From: Bigelowiella natans CCMP2755 | Taxonomy: Eukaryota > Protista > Cercozoa | Assembly: GCA_000320545.1 (NCBI GenBank) | Contig: ADNK01001943.1 | Location: 1 to 46,499, forward strand | Reading direction: 5' to 3' | DNA: 46,499 nucleotides | Shown: one piece after another, positions 46,121-46,499 of the stretch | Layout of the letters: every line of letters begins with the position of its first letter | Numbering within the stretch: the first letter of the stretch is position 1 | Notes under the pieces: generated by a model | What the model was told of the DNA's origin: nothing | Databases searched by the model: none | Seen by the model: the letters and a program-made list of their open reading frames with translations, nothing else | Program-made: the position numbers and the translations under genes

Positions 46121-46499
46121 GGGGGGGGGGGGGGGGGGGGGGGTTTTGATAAAATATTTTGCGGGGTTATGCGAGAATTATTTTTCCCCCTCCCCGCCCG
46201 AGCCCCCGGGAGTCCCCCCCCCCCTTTTTTGGGGGGGGGGGGGGGTTTCTTGATGCGAGAGCGTATTCTCGCTTGAGGGTGCGTGTTCATGAGAAGAGCA
46301 AGAGGAAAAAAAGCCATTGGGTGACGTTCGCCGCCCGCGGACAGAGAACCCAACCCGGTCTAAGAATGAACCAAAGCAGACAGAGCTGCTTTCCCCGGGG
46401 ACCTGCGCTGCTTCCCGAAGACAAGTGGCCTCCTGGAATGTGGACTTTTATAAGGTTCCTGCACCGCTAAAAAAACGTAATAAATGCCCCTGTCTCGTG

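Overview
Intron-rich eukaryotic nuclear DNA with microsatellite-laden GT-AG introns. It looks like a protist, possibly a chlorarachniophyte, but that is only an impression. Host genes reconstructed by splicing exons by eye: an Mpv17/PMP22 membrane protein (+), gamma-glutamyl hydrolase (+), a type-I surface protein with RCC1-like repeats, a LamG-like domain and a Pro/Thr/Ser stalk (-), a 5x CCCH zinc-finger protein (-), and a long RanBP2-ZnF/J-domain protein (+, runs off the window). Mobile elements: (1) a very young 5.7-kb Ty3/Gypsy LTR retrotransposon (identical 326-bp LTRs, GATT target duplication) whose Pol ends in a degenerate adenine-methyltransferase-like domain; (2) a decayed Mutator (MULE) transposon; (3) a second TIR element next to it; (4) a tiny TIR repeat family. 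The most striking signal belongs to no annotated feature. Two multi-kb tracts (~5.2-8.2 kb and ~28.45-33.5 kb, plus a partial one at ~17-18 kb) have lost almost every TpA dinucleotide except those in CTAG. Paired repeat copies inside versus outside the tracts show TA converted to TG, CA or CG. This points to a domain-restricted A:T->G:C hypermutation process at TpA, the reverse of fungal RIP, acting on transposon-rich or intergenic DNA. All counts and alignments were done by eye.
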